From: Bradymonadia bacterium
Lineage (GTDB): Bacteria; Myxococcota_A; Bradymonadia; REDH01
Assembly: GCA_047629415.1 (NCBI GenBank)
Contig: JBLHWZ010000001.1
Span: 3,808-67,807, forward strand
Direction of reading: 5' to 3'
DNA length: 64,000 nt
Part shown: one piece after another, positions 38,442 to 48,035 of the stretch
How positions within the stretch are numbered: position 1 is the stretch's first letter
Layout: each line of letters opens with the position of its first letter
Position numbers and translations under genes: made by a program
Notes under the pieces: model-generated
The model's input: only the letters and a program-made list of their open reading frames with translations
Databases searched by the model: none
Told to the model about the DNA's origin: nothing

Positions 38442-38811
38442 CGCTACCGATTCCAGGTACAAGAGGAGGTTGGCGGTTCGACCGCGACGATCAAGCCGGG
38501 TAACGAGACGGAGATCGGTATCGAGTTTACTGGGGCCCCACAACGGGATCTCTGGCTGCGTACGACATACAACGGACTCTTCGCCCAAACGTCAGAAGAC
38601 CGCACGGTATCGGAGTTCATCGGGCCGAAGGAGCGCCGGCAGCTGCACACGGCTGAGTTTGGCGCCTATGTGAACTTCGGGCGCTGGATCCACGAGAAGG
38701 CAGACGGCATCGCCCTCGACGCTTGGTATCGGCATCCTCTCGGCGGCGTAGACTACCTCCGCGGGGGTTCGGTAGGCCTCGGATTGGCCTATGGGTTCAA
38801 CTGGGGCGACT
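38442..38811 (+). other. In-frame continuation (about 123 codons, no ATG, no stop) of the preceding CDS after its TAG; reads as the C-terminal strands of the same protein
   Basis: Translated by eye: RYRFQVQEEVGGSTATIKPGNETEIGIEFTGAPQRDLWLRTTYNGLFAQTSEDRTVSEFIGPKERRQLHTAEFGAYVNFGRWIHEKADGIALDAWYRHPLGGVDYLRGGSVGLGLAYGFNWGD*. Coordinates are within about 1 nt. Confidence 0.45.
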
Positions 38812-38881
38812 GAGTGCTTCTACGAGCCTCCAATGGCGGCTGGCGCGTTGTCCGCCGCAGCCAATGTGGTAGAGTACGCCG

Positions 38882-39475
38882 ATGTCTCACCCTGAACACA
38901 ACTCGACCCCCGACCGCGTCAAACTTCCGTTCACCTTCGACCCCGAGCGGTTGCTGGCGGAAGTTCAGGCCATGTCTCTCAGAGACTTCGTTCATTACGA
39001 TGTCGTGCCGTTGCGATCGCCGGCCCACTTCGTTGATCCGACCGTCCCGGCGCCTCCTCCAGCCGCGGACTTCGCTGACGGAAGCTGGACTCAGTGGAAA
39101 GACGCGCCCGGCCTCGAACGATCGCCGCACCTGCAGGAGGTCCTCGCCGCGTTCAACGCGAACACAGCGGTGAACCTGGTCCGGGTGCTTCGACTAGAAG
39201 CAGGTGGAGTGATCGCCGAACACACCGATCCAACACTTGGTCTGCACATTGAGCGTTCGATGGTGCGACTCACCGTTCCGATCGTTCGTGGGCCAGCCTG
39301 CACTTTCTGGCTCAACGACATCCCGGTACCGATGCTGCCAGGCGAATGCTGGTACCTGCGCCTTACCGATCCTCACAAAGTGCACAACAACGGGACGGCG
39401 GAGAGAATGAGCCTGACGATCGATGTGGTCCCGAACCCTTGGCTACAAGAGCTCATCCAGTCCGCAGCGCTCTAG
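38882..39475 (+). CDS. Aspartyl/asparaginyl beta-hydroxylase-family cupin (AspH/LpxO-like, Fe/2OG-type)
   Basis: LRLEAGGVIAEHTD ... TFWLNDIPVPMLPGECWYL ... HKVHNNGTAERMSL resembles the Asp_Arg_Hydrox domain (PF05118). Confidence 0.65.
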   Translation: MSHPEHNSTPDRVKLPFTFDPERLLAEVQAMSLRDFVHYDVVPLRSPAHFVDPTVPAPPPAADFADGSWTQWKDAPGLERSPHLQEVLAAFNANTAVNLVRVLRLEAGGVIAEHTDPTLGLHIERSMVRLTVPIVRGPACTFWLNDIPVPMLPGECWYLRLTDPHKVHNNGTAERMSLTIDVVPNPWLQELIQSAAL

Positions 39476-39552
39476 AAGACCGCAGGCGCCAGGCGGCTGT
39501 GTTGACTGCGTGCTGGCGTTGCCTCGTGCTCCTCTCGTGTTAGAAGACGCTC

Positions 39553-40626
39553 ATGACCTTGCTCGACCAACTCCGCCCGCCCGAAACGAAGGCCCGCGCA
39601 TCCGTCGCCCGCCTCTCGAAGGCTTGGTACGTCGCCTGCTTCTCCCACGAACTCCGCGCCAAGCCAGTGGCGCGTACGATTCTCGGGATACCACTCGCCG
39701 TTTATCGGAAGTCAGATGGTTCACCCGCCGCCGTGCTGGATCGATGCGCGCACCGCAACGCTCCGCTGAGTGAAGGCCAGGTAAAGGGGGATTGCGTCGA
39801 GTGCCCTTATCATGGGTGGCAGTTCAACTCGGACGGCGACTGCACCACAGTTCCCGGCTTGATGTCAGAAGAGGCATCGCGCGGCAGGCGGGTGAGCGCG
39901 TATCCAGCTCTCGAGCGCGACGGTTTTGTTTGGATTTGGACCGACGCGGACGAGCCGCCCGATCGCGAGCCGTTTGCGTTCCCGCTCGCAGATGCAGACG
40001 GCTACACGACCGTCCGCCGTATGGTGGAGGCCGAGGGCACCATGCACTCAGTCATCGAAAACGCGCTGGACGTTCCACACACCGCATTCCTCCACAAAGG
40101 CCTCTTTCGAGGTGTTTCCGAACCCAACGAGATTGAGGTGGTCATCCGCCGAGAGACCGACAGGGTCGAGGCGGAGTACATCGGAGAGCCGCGGCCAGAG
40201 GGAGTCATCGGCAGGTTCCTTTCACCATCCGGCGGGCTCGTCGTTCATTTCGACCGGTTCATTCTCCCGTCGATTCTGCAGGTTGAGTATTCGATTGGTG
40301 ACGAGAATCATGTGCTCGTGACTGGCGCTTGTACACCGGTCAATGACTTCCACACGCGGATGTATGCGGATGTGAAGGTCCGGTCTCGCGTTCCCGGGTG
40401 GCTCGTTAAGCTGGCGACGCCACTCGGCGTGAAGGTGTTCCAGCAGGACGCCGAAATGCTCGCGCTACAGACGGAGAACATTCGGAGATTCGGCGGGGAG
40501 CAGTTCGAGTCCACCGAGATAGACGTGCTTGGCGGACATATTTGGAAGCTGCTGAGGCAGGCCGAGCGCGGAGTAGAGGCGGAGCACGCCGAGTACGCTG
40601 AGAAGCGGTTCAAACTGCGCGCCTGA
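39553..40626 (+). CDS. Rieske [2Fe-2S] non-heme iron oxygenase, VanA/PaO-like (vanillate O-demethylase oxygenase-subunit family architecture)
   Basis: N-terminal KAWYVACFSHEL (compare VanA NAWYVAC). Rieske motif CAHRNAPLSEGQVKGDCVECPYHGWQF. Length about 357 aa with a C-terminal catalytic domain (DVPHTAFLHKG). Confidence 0.8.
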   Translation: MTLLDQLRPPETKARASVARLSKAWYVACFSHELRAKPVARTILGIPLAVYRKSDGSPAAVLDRCAHRNAPLSEGQVKGDCVECPYHGWQFNSDGDCTTVPGLMSEEASRGRRVSAYPALERDGFVWIWTDADEPPDREPFAFPLADADGYTTVRRMVEAEGTMHSVIENALDVPHTAFLHKGLFRGVSEPNEIEVVIRRETDRVEAEYIGEPRPEGVIGRFLSPSGGLVVHFDRFILPSILQVEYSIGDENHVLVTGACTPVNDFHTRMYADVKVRSRVPGWLVKLATPLGVKVFQQDAEMLALQTENIRRFGGEQFESTEIDVLGGHIWKLLRQAERGVEAEHAEYAEKRFKLRA

Positions 40627-40637
40627 CCGCGCACACC

Positions 40638-41471
40638 TTGAAGAATCCTATGCCCTACTCTGCCACGGCTAGCGTCTACGAACTCAACGGAGACGTTGCG
40701 ACTCCACAGGAGCCAGCGCGAAGCGGTTGGGATCCGCGTCTCGTTAACGGGAGTTCCACCTCTGCGCTGCTGGCCGCCGTGCTCGAGCGCGACCTTGCGC
40801 GCGAGGGTCACGCCCCCGCTCGGTTCATCGTCGATATGTTGCGGCCTATTCCGTTCGCCGATGCACGAGTAGAATCAGTCGTCACCCGGATGGGAGGGCG
40901 CCTTGCGCTCGGTGATGTGTCGATGTTTGTCGGAGACAAACTCGTCGCGCGGGCTTCGGGCATGTACTTGGCGCAGAACGAAGGCGACGAGTTCGCGACC
41001 CCGAACGCAACGCCTACCTCAGCCGATCAGCTGCGAAACGGGGTGCTGCTCCCGGACTTTGGGAGCGCCAGGGAACAGCCGCCGTTCCAGCATTTCTGCG
41101 ACATTCGATGGGCGACCGAGTTCGAGGCGACCGCTCCTGTCGTATGGTTTCGGCCACCGCCGGCCTTGATCGGTGGCCTACCGCCGTCCGACACGGTTCG
41201 TGCCGTCGCAGTGGCTGACTTGCTCGCTGGTCTCACCGTCACACACCAGATACGCAGCGGTTTTCCTCACGCGGCAGCGATCAACGCTGATCAACACATC
41301 GTCTTCGCCGGAGCGCCCGTAGGTGAGTGGTTCGCGCTGCGTATGGAGAGGGTCGCAGCTTCGCAAGGAGCGGGTTTTGCGTCAGCGGACGTCCTCGATT
41401 CTAGGGGACTGCGTGGCCGAGTGACACACACACGGGTCGGAAATCGGCCGCAGGCGAGGTCGCCAAGGTAA
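40638..41471 (+). CDS. Thioesterase-like (double hot-dog / acyl-CoA thioesterase II-like) protein, tentative
   Basis: 277-aa ORF located between the Rieske and CCD genes. A fold-level resemblance was recognised by eye with low certainty. Confidence 0.45.
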   Translation: MKNPMPYSATASVYELNGDVATPQEPARSGWDPRLVNGSSTSALLAAVLERDLAREGHAPARFIVDMLRPIPFADARVESVVTRMGGRLALGDVSMFVGDKLVARASGMYLAQNEGDEFATPNATPTSADQLRNGVLLPDFGSAREQPPFQHFCDIRWATEFEATAPVVWFRPPPALIGGLPPSDTVRAVAVADLLAGLTVTHQIRSGFPHAAAINADQHIVFAGAPVGEWFALRMERVAASQGAGFASADVLDSRGLRGRVTHTRVGNRPQARSPR

Positions 41472-41522
41472 AACGGACTCCGCGACCAAGACAGTGTGCC
41501 CTGTTCCAGATAGACTGGGCCA

Positions 41523-42965
41523 ATGAACATGCATCTCAACCCGTATCTCGCTGGTCCCTACGCCCCCATCGATGCAGAGCGCGGGCCCGTTACGCTCAAC
41601 GCGATCGAAGGTGAGATCCCCCGCGATCTTAACGGGATCTACGTGCGCAACGGTCCGAACCCCAAACATGAGGCGGAGGGTCAATACCACTGGTTCGACG
41701 GTGACGGCATGCTGCATTCGGTGCTCTTTGAGGACGGCACTGCGACCTATCGTAACCGCTGGATTCAGACCTCCCACATGGCTCGCGAGACCGAGGCTGG
41801 ACGAGCGCTCTGGCGCGGTTTGCTCGAGTCCGCTGCAAGGAACCCGAGGGACTCACCTTACAAGCTCACCGCGAATACGGACGTACTGAGTTGGAACGGG
41901 AAGCTCTACTGCCTCTGGTACATCTCGGGTACGCCCTACGCAGTCGACCTCGAGACATTAGAGACGTTTGGCGAAGAGACCTTTGCGCATGAAGGACTCC
42001 GCACGACGGCACACGCCAAGGTCTGCAGCGAAACCGGGGAGCTCATCTTCTTCGACTACGGCTTCCGCGCCCCTTTTATGCGCTGCGGCGTCGTGGGAAC
42101 TGACGGAGTGGTTAGCAACCTCGCCTCGATCGATCTCGGCGGGCCCCGCCTTCCGCACGATCTCGCGATAACGCGAAACCACACAATCCTCATGGATCTA
42201 CCGGTTCTCCCAGACCCTGAGGCCCTAAAGCGGGGGCGTTGGCGAACCAGCTTCGCCTCCGAAGTGCCTGCCCGGTTCGGCGTGATGCCTCGGCACGGCC
42301 GGGGAAGCGATATTCGCTGGTTCGAGGCAGCTCCCTGCTACGTCTACCATGTCATCAACGCGTGGGAGGATGGCAACACGATCGTCATGACTGGTTGCCG
42401 CTGCCCGGACCCGATCCAAGCGCCACGCGAGCGCGATGGAAAGCTCGGTCAGATGATGGCGAACCTACGAGTCACGGCGAGTTTGCATCGTTGGACCTTC
42501 GACCTGGACACCGGCGAGTGCCGCGAAGAGCAGCTCGACGACCGCAATGCAGAGTTTCCGAGCGTCGATCTCCGAACCGTCGGCCAAGCGAACAGGCACG
42601 GTTTCACAATGGCGCTCGACATCGACTCGACCCTGCGGTTCTCCGGTATCGTGAAGTATGATCTGCACACCGCCTCGGCCACCGAATGGAGCGTCGGCGA
42701 GGGGCGCTTCGCGAGCGAGGCCCCTTTTGCCCCTCGCGACGGCAGCGAGAGCGATGACGATGGGTATCTGGTCTCGCTCGTCAGGGACGCCAACTCCGGC
42801 GGCTCTGAGTTGGTGATACTCGACGCCGCGGACCTCCAGCAGGTCTGCAGACTCAGCGTGCCGTTCGACGTGCCTAACGGATTCCACGCAACTTGGGCCG
42901 ACTCGGATGAGCTGGCCAAAGCCCGAACCGCCTCATCCTCGAATCTGCTCACTCATCGGGGTTAG
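41523..42965 (+). CDS. Carotenoid-cleavage-dioxygenase family enzyme (RPE65 family; carotenoid/stilbene/isoeugenol oxygenase-like)
   Basis: The N-terminal NPYLAGPYAPIDAE...LNAIEGEIPRDLNGIYVRNGPNP...HWFDGDGMLH is the canonical CCD start. It is about 480 aa with conserved His positions. Confidence 0.9.
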   Translation: MNMHLNPYLAGPYAPIDAERGPVTLNAIEGEIPRDLNGIYVRNGPNPKHEAEGQYHWFDGDGMLHSVLFEDGTATYRNRWIQTSHMARETEAGRALWRGLLESAARNPRDSPYKLTANTDVLSWNGKLYCLWYISGTPYAVDLETLETFGEETFAHEGLRTTAHAKVCSETGELIFFDYGFRAPFMRCGVVGTDGVVSNLASIDLGGPRLPHDLAITRNHTILMDLPVLPDPEALKRGRWRTSFASEVPARFGVMPRHGRGSDIRWFEAAPCYVYHVINAWEDGNTIVMTGCRCPDPIQAPRERDGKLGQMMANLRVTASLHRWTFDLDTGECREEQLDDRNAEFPSVDLRTVGQANRHGFTMALDIDSTLRFSGIVKYDLHTASATEWSVGEGRFASEAPFAPRDGSESDDDGYLVSLVRDANSGGSELVILDAADLQQVCRLSVPFDVPNGFHATWADSDELAKARTASSSNLLTHRG

Positions 42966-43018
42966 GTCGATGTTTAGCTGACCGTGAGACCCTCACGTCC
43001 CAAGTTGGGCGCTGGGCC

Positions 43019-45730
43019 TTACGGTCCCGGTACGATCCTGGCCGTCACACGCAGAGCCGATCCGTCCGCCCCGAGAGCGGGCAGCCGTACGGTCATCGTC
43101 GTCCCCTTGCCGACCGCGCTGGCAGCGTCCAGCGTGCCACCAGCATTTTCAATCGCACTCTGAGAGATCGACAAGCCGACGCCCATGCCCTGACCCTCCC
43201 CCGTGGTTGTGTAAAAGGGAGTGAACACTCGGACGAGATCTTCACGAGAGATTCCACAGCCGCTGTCGACGACGCGGATAATAAGCTCTGCCCCGAAAAC
43301 CGCGCTGCGCACGAAGACCTTGTCTCCAGCAACGCTGGCGTCGATCGCGTTCTGAATCAGGTTTCGGAAGGCCTGCTGAATCTCATCGGATAGGGTTCGC
43401 ACATAAACGTGGGGCGCACCCAACTCGAGTTCGACGTCGATCTCCTCTGTCTCCCCGCGGGAAGAGACGAGCTTGGCCAAGTCGGCCAATGTCTCGTCGA
43501 TAGGCACGAGGGAGGCGGTGTTGGGGAACCCCTCGCGGGAGTAACGATGCAAGATGTCTACGACGCCTTGGATCCGCAGAACACCGGAGTCGGTGGCCTT
43601 CTGGAGGCGGTGCATGCGGTCCGCGGCCTTCTGCAGCTTCTTGGCACGCTCTTCGGTGGAAAGCTGTTCGTCTTCGATGATTGTCATCGCCTTGGCGATC
43701 GTCTCGGCGACAAGCTGCGCGGTGCTTCGGATGTAGGTGAGCGGGTTGTGAATCTCGTGAGCGAGTCCGGCACTGACTTGCTCCAAACTCCGCTTTTGCG
43801 CTCGAATAATCGTGCGAACCTGACGACCTCGTTTGATCAGTTCGTTTCGGACGACGGTGCGGAGCTCCTTTGGAGAGAAGGGCTTCGCCATGTAGACATC
43901 AGCGCCCTTTCCGTAGGCCGTCTCCCGGTGCTCGACCTCGTTGCGACCGGTAAGCATCACGATCGGCGTCTCGGCGATCGTAGCGTCATTTCGAATCGCC
44001 TCGATCATCTGCACGCCGTTCATTACCGGCATCATATAGTCGGTAACGATCAGATCGGGCTTCTCACGCCGCGCGAGCTCCAGACCCATAGCACCGTCGG
44101 TGGCAGTGTAGACCGCGTGCTCCTCGTTGAGGAGTTGGGTGACGAATCGAATGATCTCGACGGTGTCCTCGACGATGAGCACCTTGGTGGGCTTGCCCTC
44201 GTCGTCTCGATTGCTGAGAACCCGCCGCTCCGTCGCTTCGTCGAGGCCGTAGAGGCGGTAGTCCTCAAGTTCGGTCAACGATTTCGACCACTCCGCTGCT
44301 CCACCATCCTCTTCTCGTCGGACTTGGTTGGAATCCGTGGGGTTACACTGGCGGCGCTCGATCGCATCAGGAGCGAAGTGTTCGGTGCCGCGAACGAGTC
44401 TGACAGTGAACGTGGTGCCCACTCCTTCCTCGCTCTCCACATCGATCGTGCCATTGTGAAGGTCGACGATCTCCTTCGCCAGGGCGAGTCCGATCCCGGT
44501 GCCGCCGAAGTTCCTCGACGCAGACTGGTCGGCTTGAGTGAAGCGCTCAAAGATCGACGGCAGGTAGTCTTCAGCAATGCCGATTCCGTTGTCTGTGACC
44601 CGAATCTCGACGCAATCTGGCTGCGTCACACAGCTGAGCCCCACCGTACCGCCTTCGGAAGTGAATTTGAGCGCGTTTGCCAAGAGGTTCACCAAGACAC
44701 GCTCCAGCATGTCCTCATCCGCGTAGAGGTCTGACGGAGGCGGCTGCGCGTCAATCGTCAGGTCGATGTCCTTCCGGGACGCCATCGACTCGGTCCGCGT
44801 GACGAGGTCCTCTAGGACGGTGACCGGGTTCACGATTCCGAGGCGAAGCCTCAGGTGACTCTCCTCGAGCTTTGCGAGGTCGAGCAGGTCAGTGATGAGC
44901 TTGAGAAGACGAACCGCATTACGCCACATGCCGTCGACATAGGATCGCAGCTCAGCGGGCAGATGAGCCTCGCCGTCGCGCAACTCCTGGAGCGGAGACA
45001 TCACGAGCGTCAGCGGAGTCCGCAGTTCGTGGGTGATGTTATTGAAGAACTGGGTTTTCACTCGGTCGGCGTCGCGCAGTTTTACGTTCGCGACCTCTAG
45101 CCTGTCTCGAGCTGACGCCAGTTCGCCATAGGCCTCATAAAGCTTCCGCGCGGCCGAGTCGCTCTCCGTCTCCAGTCGCGCGCGATTGCGCTGCGCGTAG
45201 ACGGCCACGAAGGTTGTCGTGAGGATGTACCCAACGTGAGAAATCGCCGCCGCCGAGTTGATCTTCCAAGCCCCAACGAACAGGGGCGCGAAGTAAGGCC
45301 CGAGCGCCGCTGCATAGAAGAGCGCAAGTGTGCGGCCTGACCACCGGAAGAGTAGAGCAACGGAGATCATGACGAACATGAGCCCGACGAAGTATTCCGA
45401 CTCGAAGCCTCCGTCGAAGGCGACCAGCGTCGTCATTGCCCATGCGACCGCGAGCCCGAGCCCGACACTCACAGCGACGTCGTGAGGCCGGAGCCATGCC
45501 GGCGGCTTTCGAGAGACCAAAAGCACGAGCGCACCGATGACAAAGAGCGACACTCGCACGGCGATAGTCACACCGATCGCATCAGCGATAAGGACCCGAT
45601 CCAGCGCCCAGTAGAACGGCTCCAACACGACGACGGTTAAGGCCGCGACCGGAATTAGGCGCCAGTTCCGAGCGCGGGCGGCCTCGGCCGGGGCAATTGG
45701 GAGTGCGCGGACGCTGTCGGTGCTGCTCAA
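43019..45730 (-). CDS. Hybrid sensor histidine kinase: TM sensor region, HisKA/HATPase, REC receiver, then a second HisKA/HATPase
   Basis: About 8 N-terminal TM helices. First H-box HELRTPLT with G-boxes. Receiver KVLIVEDTVEII...DLIVTDYMMPVMNG...K. Second H-box AGLAHEIHNPLTYI and a C-terminal ATPase domain. Confidence 0.9.
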   Translation of the reverse strand: MSSTDSVRALPIAPAEAARARNWRLIPVAALTVVVLEPFYWALDRVLIADAIGVTIAVRVSLFVIGALVLLVSRKPPAWLRPHDVAVSVGLGLAVAWAMTTLVAFDGGFESEYFVGLMFVMISVALLFRWSGRTLALFYAAALGPYFAPLFVGAWKINSAAAISHVGYILTTTFVAVYAQRNRARLETESDSAARKLYEAYGELASARDRLEVANVKLRDADRVKTQFFNNITHELRTPLTLVMSPLQELRDGEAHLPAELRSYVDGMWRNAVRLLKLITDLLDLAKLEESHLRLRLGIVNPVTVLEDLVTRTESMASRKDIDLTIDAQPPPSDLYADEDMLERVLVNLLANALKFTSEGGTVGLSCVTQPDCVEIRVTDNGIGIAEDYLPSIFERFTQADQSASRNFGGTGIGLALAKEIVDLHNGTIDVESEEGVGTTFTVRLVRGTEHFAPDAIERRQCNPTDSNQVRREEDGGAAEWSKSLTELEDYRLYGLDEATERRVLSNRDDEGKPTKVLIVEDTVEIIRFVTQLLNEEHAVYTATDGAMGLELARREKPDLIVTDYMMPVMNGVQMIEAIRNDATIAETPIVMLTGRNEVEHRETAYGKGADVYMAKPFSPKELRTVVRNELIKRGRQVRTIIRAQKRSLEQVSAGLAHEIHNPLTYIRSTAQLVAETIAKAMTIIEDEQLSTEERAKKLQKAADRMHRLQKATDSGVLRIQGVVDILHRYSREGFPNTASLVPIDETLADLAKLVSSRGETEEIDVELELGAPHVYVRTLSDEIQQAFRNLIQNAIDASVAGDKVFVRSAVFGAELIIRVVDSGCGISREDLVRVFTPFYTTTGEGQGMGVGLSISQSAIENAGGTLDAASAVGKGTTMTVRLPALGADGSALRVTARIVPGP

Positions 45731-46581
45731 TCGATCGGCGAGTTACGGTAGGTGAGCCGCAAGAGGTCGAATACGCCGGTCTTGAAACCATACTGTGCTG
45801 CTCCGAGGAATCCCTCGTAGCGGGCGTATGTGCTGGCGTCGGTCAACGTCGTTGCCTCAGTTTGCTTGGCTCTGAGGCGCCGACGCCATTCGCGGCACGT
45901 ACGCTCATAGTCGGCGCGATCGTTGCGGAGGCAAACCAACTCTAGCACGCTCTCGGCCGCAGTGGCGAGTTGCGAGAGGCGGGGCAGGTCGGACTCCGGA
46001 AAGATGAGCGCGACGGCACCAGTGACGTATCCGCCCTTGGCGTAGACGCTGGTCTGCAACGAGAGCTGACCGTTGGGCTTGAGCATCGCCGCGCATTTTT
46101 TAAAAAAGTGCTCGTACTTCATCACCCGTGTGCCGGCGTCGTCCTCGGGGCGAACGAAGTGCTCGATGGCACCGACCGAGATGAGCGAGTCGTAGAGTTC
46201 GTCAGGCTCGTGCTCCTCCCATGACTCCAGCCGGACGTCGGCGGAGCGCGGTCCATGCTCTTTGCAGTAGGCGAGCTGTGCCTTGCTGAGCGTGAGGCCA
46301 ACGGTGTTGGTGATTCCCTGTTCATGCAGGCGCCGCAGATTGGCTCCCCAGCCGCACCCAATATCGAGCACGCGCGACCCGGGGACCGCGCCTGACTCAC
46401 GAATATGGTGATCGATCTTGTTAAGCTGCGCTTGCTCGAACGAATCCGTCTCCGCCAGGTAGAGCGCCGACGAGTAGGTCATCGACTCATCGAGCCACAG
46501 ACCAAAGAACTGATTGTCCGTATCGTAGTGAGCCTGAATCGCTTTCGGGCTAGCGCCGGATGTACTTAGTGAATCGGTCAT
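45727..46581 (-). CDS. Cyclopropane-fatty-acyl-phospholipid synthase family SAM-dependent methyltransferase (CMAS, PF02353-like)
   Basis: QAHYDTDNQFFGLWLDESMTYSSALY with SAM motif VLDIGCGWGANLRRL. The start is set at the internal Met (MTDSLST), giving a 4-nt overlap with the upstream gene. Confidence 0.85.
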   Translation of the reverse strand: MTDSLSTSGASPKAIQAHYDTDNQFFGLWLDESMTYSSALYLAETDSFEQAQLNKIDHHIRESGAVPGSRVLDIGCGWGANLRRLHEQGITNTVGLTLSKAQLAYCKEHGPRSADVRLESWEEHEPDELYDSLISVGAIEHFVRPEDDAGTRVMKYEHFFKKCAAMLKPNGQLSLQTSVYAKGGYVTGAVALIFPESDLPRLSQLATAAESVLELVCLRNDRADYERTCREWRRRLRAKQTEATTLTDASTYARYEGFLGAAQYGFKTGVFDLLRLTYRNSPID

Positions 46582-48035
46582 TTTGCCCTTCGAGCCTCGA
46601 GGAAGTGCCAACTATCGCTGCTGTCACTTATCAGTTTGATAGAGTTCGCATCCGCTGTCTCTGGAAAGAGAGCCCTAACGTCCTCCTCCGAGCGGTAGAG
46701 GAGCCTCCAGTCCAGGACGAACTCCGGGACCCAGTGTACATCCGGGCGCCGAGCGGCGTTCCCGAAGAGCACGCGCCCGCCTGGTTCGACGAGTCGAAAA
46801 CATGTCTCGGCAACCTGCCGCGCGACAGGCTCAGTGAGGTAGTCGAAGAAGCCAGCCGAATAGATGAAATGCTGCTCGCCGAACTCATCAACAAGCCGCG
46901 GATCGGAGACCAATTGCTTGAACGAGGTGAATAAACAGCTGACTCGAATCCGATCGCGACACCTCCAGCCAGCGCGAGTTACGCGCTCATTGGCGTGGGA
47001 GAGCGCACGGTCGTCCTGGTCGATGAGCGTCCAGTGGATTTCGCGAGTTCCGTCATAGGTCGACAGAAACTCTTCGACCTCAGTCGCCGGACCTGACGCC
47101 AAGCACGCGATACGCAACGGCTCGGGACCGAGGGGAGCGTCTCGGATAACCCGGCCGAGGTGCTCCAAGAGCAACTGCTTGCGCGAGATCACTGTCGCTG
47201 CGAGCCTCTCCTCGCGTCCCAACTGGTGCATGATACGCCCGAATATTGAGTCCCCCCGGCGGGTCTCCTCGTACATGTAGCGCATCATCACGAAGTCCCC
47301 AGGGTAGCCGAACGGCTTCGTGTACGCCCGCCACCAAAGCGGCGCATCACTGAGCAGCGGCGTCACCAACAGTTCAGTCAGTCGCTTGGCCGCGTGGAAC
47401 GTCGCTCGGTCACGATCGAGCGTCAGGGATGCTTCGTTTGCCGCGAGCCGCAGCCGTCGCCACTCACCACGCATTTCCTCTTCGGCCTTCCTCTCCGCAA
47501 CCTCCAAGCTATCCAGGGCCAACGTGCCCTCGATACTCCCAAGCTCTTCCTCTCGACGATCGAGCAGGTCCTTCCAGTGGGCAAGAAACATCGCCACTTG
47601 CGAGACGATCTCTCGGTATTCGCGCGGAACCAGATCGTATTTCTTAGTTCCTTGCGCCAACGCCTTCTCAAACGCGAAGCTGTCGTGAACTGTGGCCAAA
47701 CGCGGGATATCGATGAAGTCGTCCAAGATCGTCATCGCGACCTTAGAGCGCGACGTCGGGTCTTCGACTCGGACGATACGCCCCCGACCCGAGAACGCCT
47801 CGATCGTGTCGAAGCTCATCGAGACCGCATGCTCTGTTCCTACCTTCGGCAGATCGGAATCTGGAGATGGAAAGTACGAGAGTCCGTTCATGCTGACGTC
47901 GTAGAGGCTGACCGCCTGCCCACCAACAAAGACCGACGGCTTCGCCGATCCCATCAGCGTGCGGGACTGGTAACGCTCTGACCGAAAATGAATGGACCGA
48001 CCCACCCCACCACTAAGTTCTTCGTACTCGCTCAT
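46578..48035 (-). CDS. PilZ-like N-terminal domain fused to a class I SAM-dependent methyltransferase domain
   Basis: N-terminal RSIHFRSERYQSR ... DVSMNGLSYF (PilZ RxxxR / DxSxxG pattern). The C-terminal half carries the Rossmann methyltransferase motif LRIACLASGPATE ... DYLTEP ... VEPGGRVLFG. Confidence 0.7.
   Translation of the reverse strand: MSEYEELSGGVGRSIHFRSERYQSRTLMGSAKPSVFVGGQAVSLYDVSMNGLSYFPSPDSDLPKVGTEHAVSMSFDTIEAFSGRGRIVRVEDPTSRSKVAMTILDDFIDIPRLATVHDSFAFEKALAQGTKKYDLVPREYREIVSQVAMFLAHWKDLLDRREEELGSIEGTLALDSLEVAERKAEEEMRGEWRRLRLAANEASLTLDRDRATFHAAKRLTELLVTPLLSDAPLWWRAYTKPFGYPGDFVMMRYMYEETRRGDSIFGRIMHQLGREERLAATVISRKQLLLEHLGRVIRDAPLGPEPLRIACLASGPATEVEEFLSTYDGTREIHWTLIDQDDRALSHANERVTRAGWRCRDRIRVSCLFTSFKQLVSDPRLVDEFGEQHFIYSAGFFDYLTEPVARQVAETCFRLVEPGGRVLFGNAARRPDVHWVPEFVLDWRLLYRSEEDVRALFPETADANSIKLISDSSDSWHFLEARRAK

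Noticed and set aside
43409-44734. 441-aa plus-strand ORF inside the hybrid histidine kinase
   Set aside because: It is antisense to a gene with H-box, G-box and receiver motifs. It has no recognisable motifs of its own.
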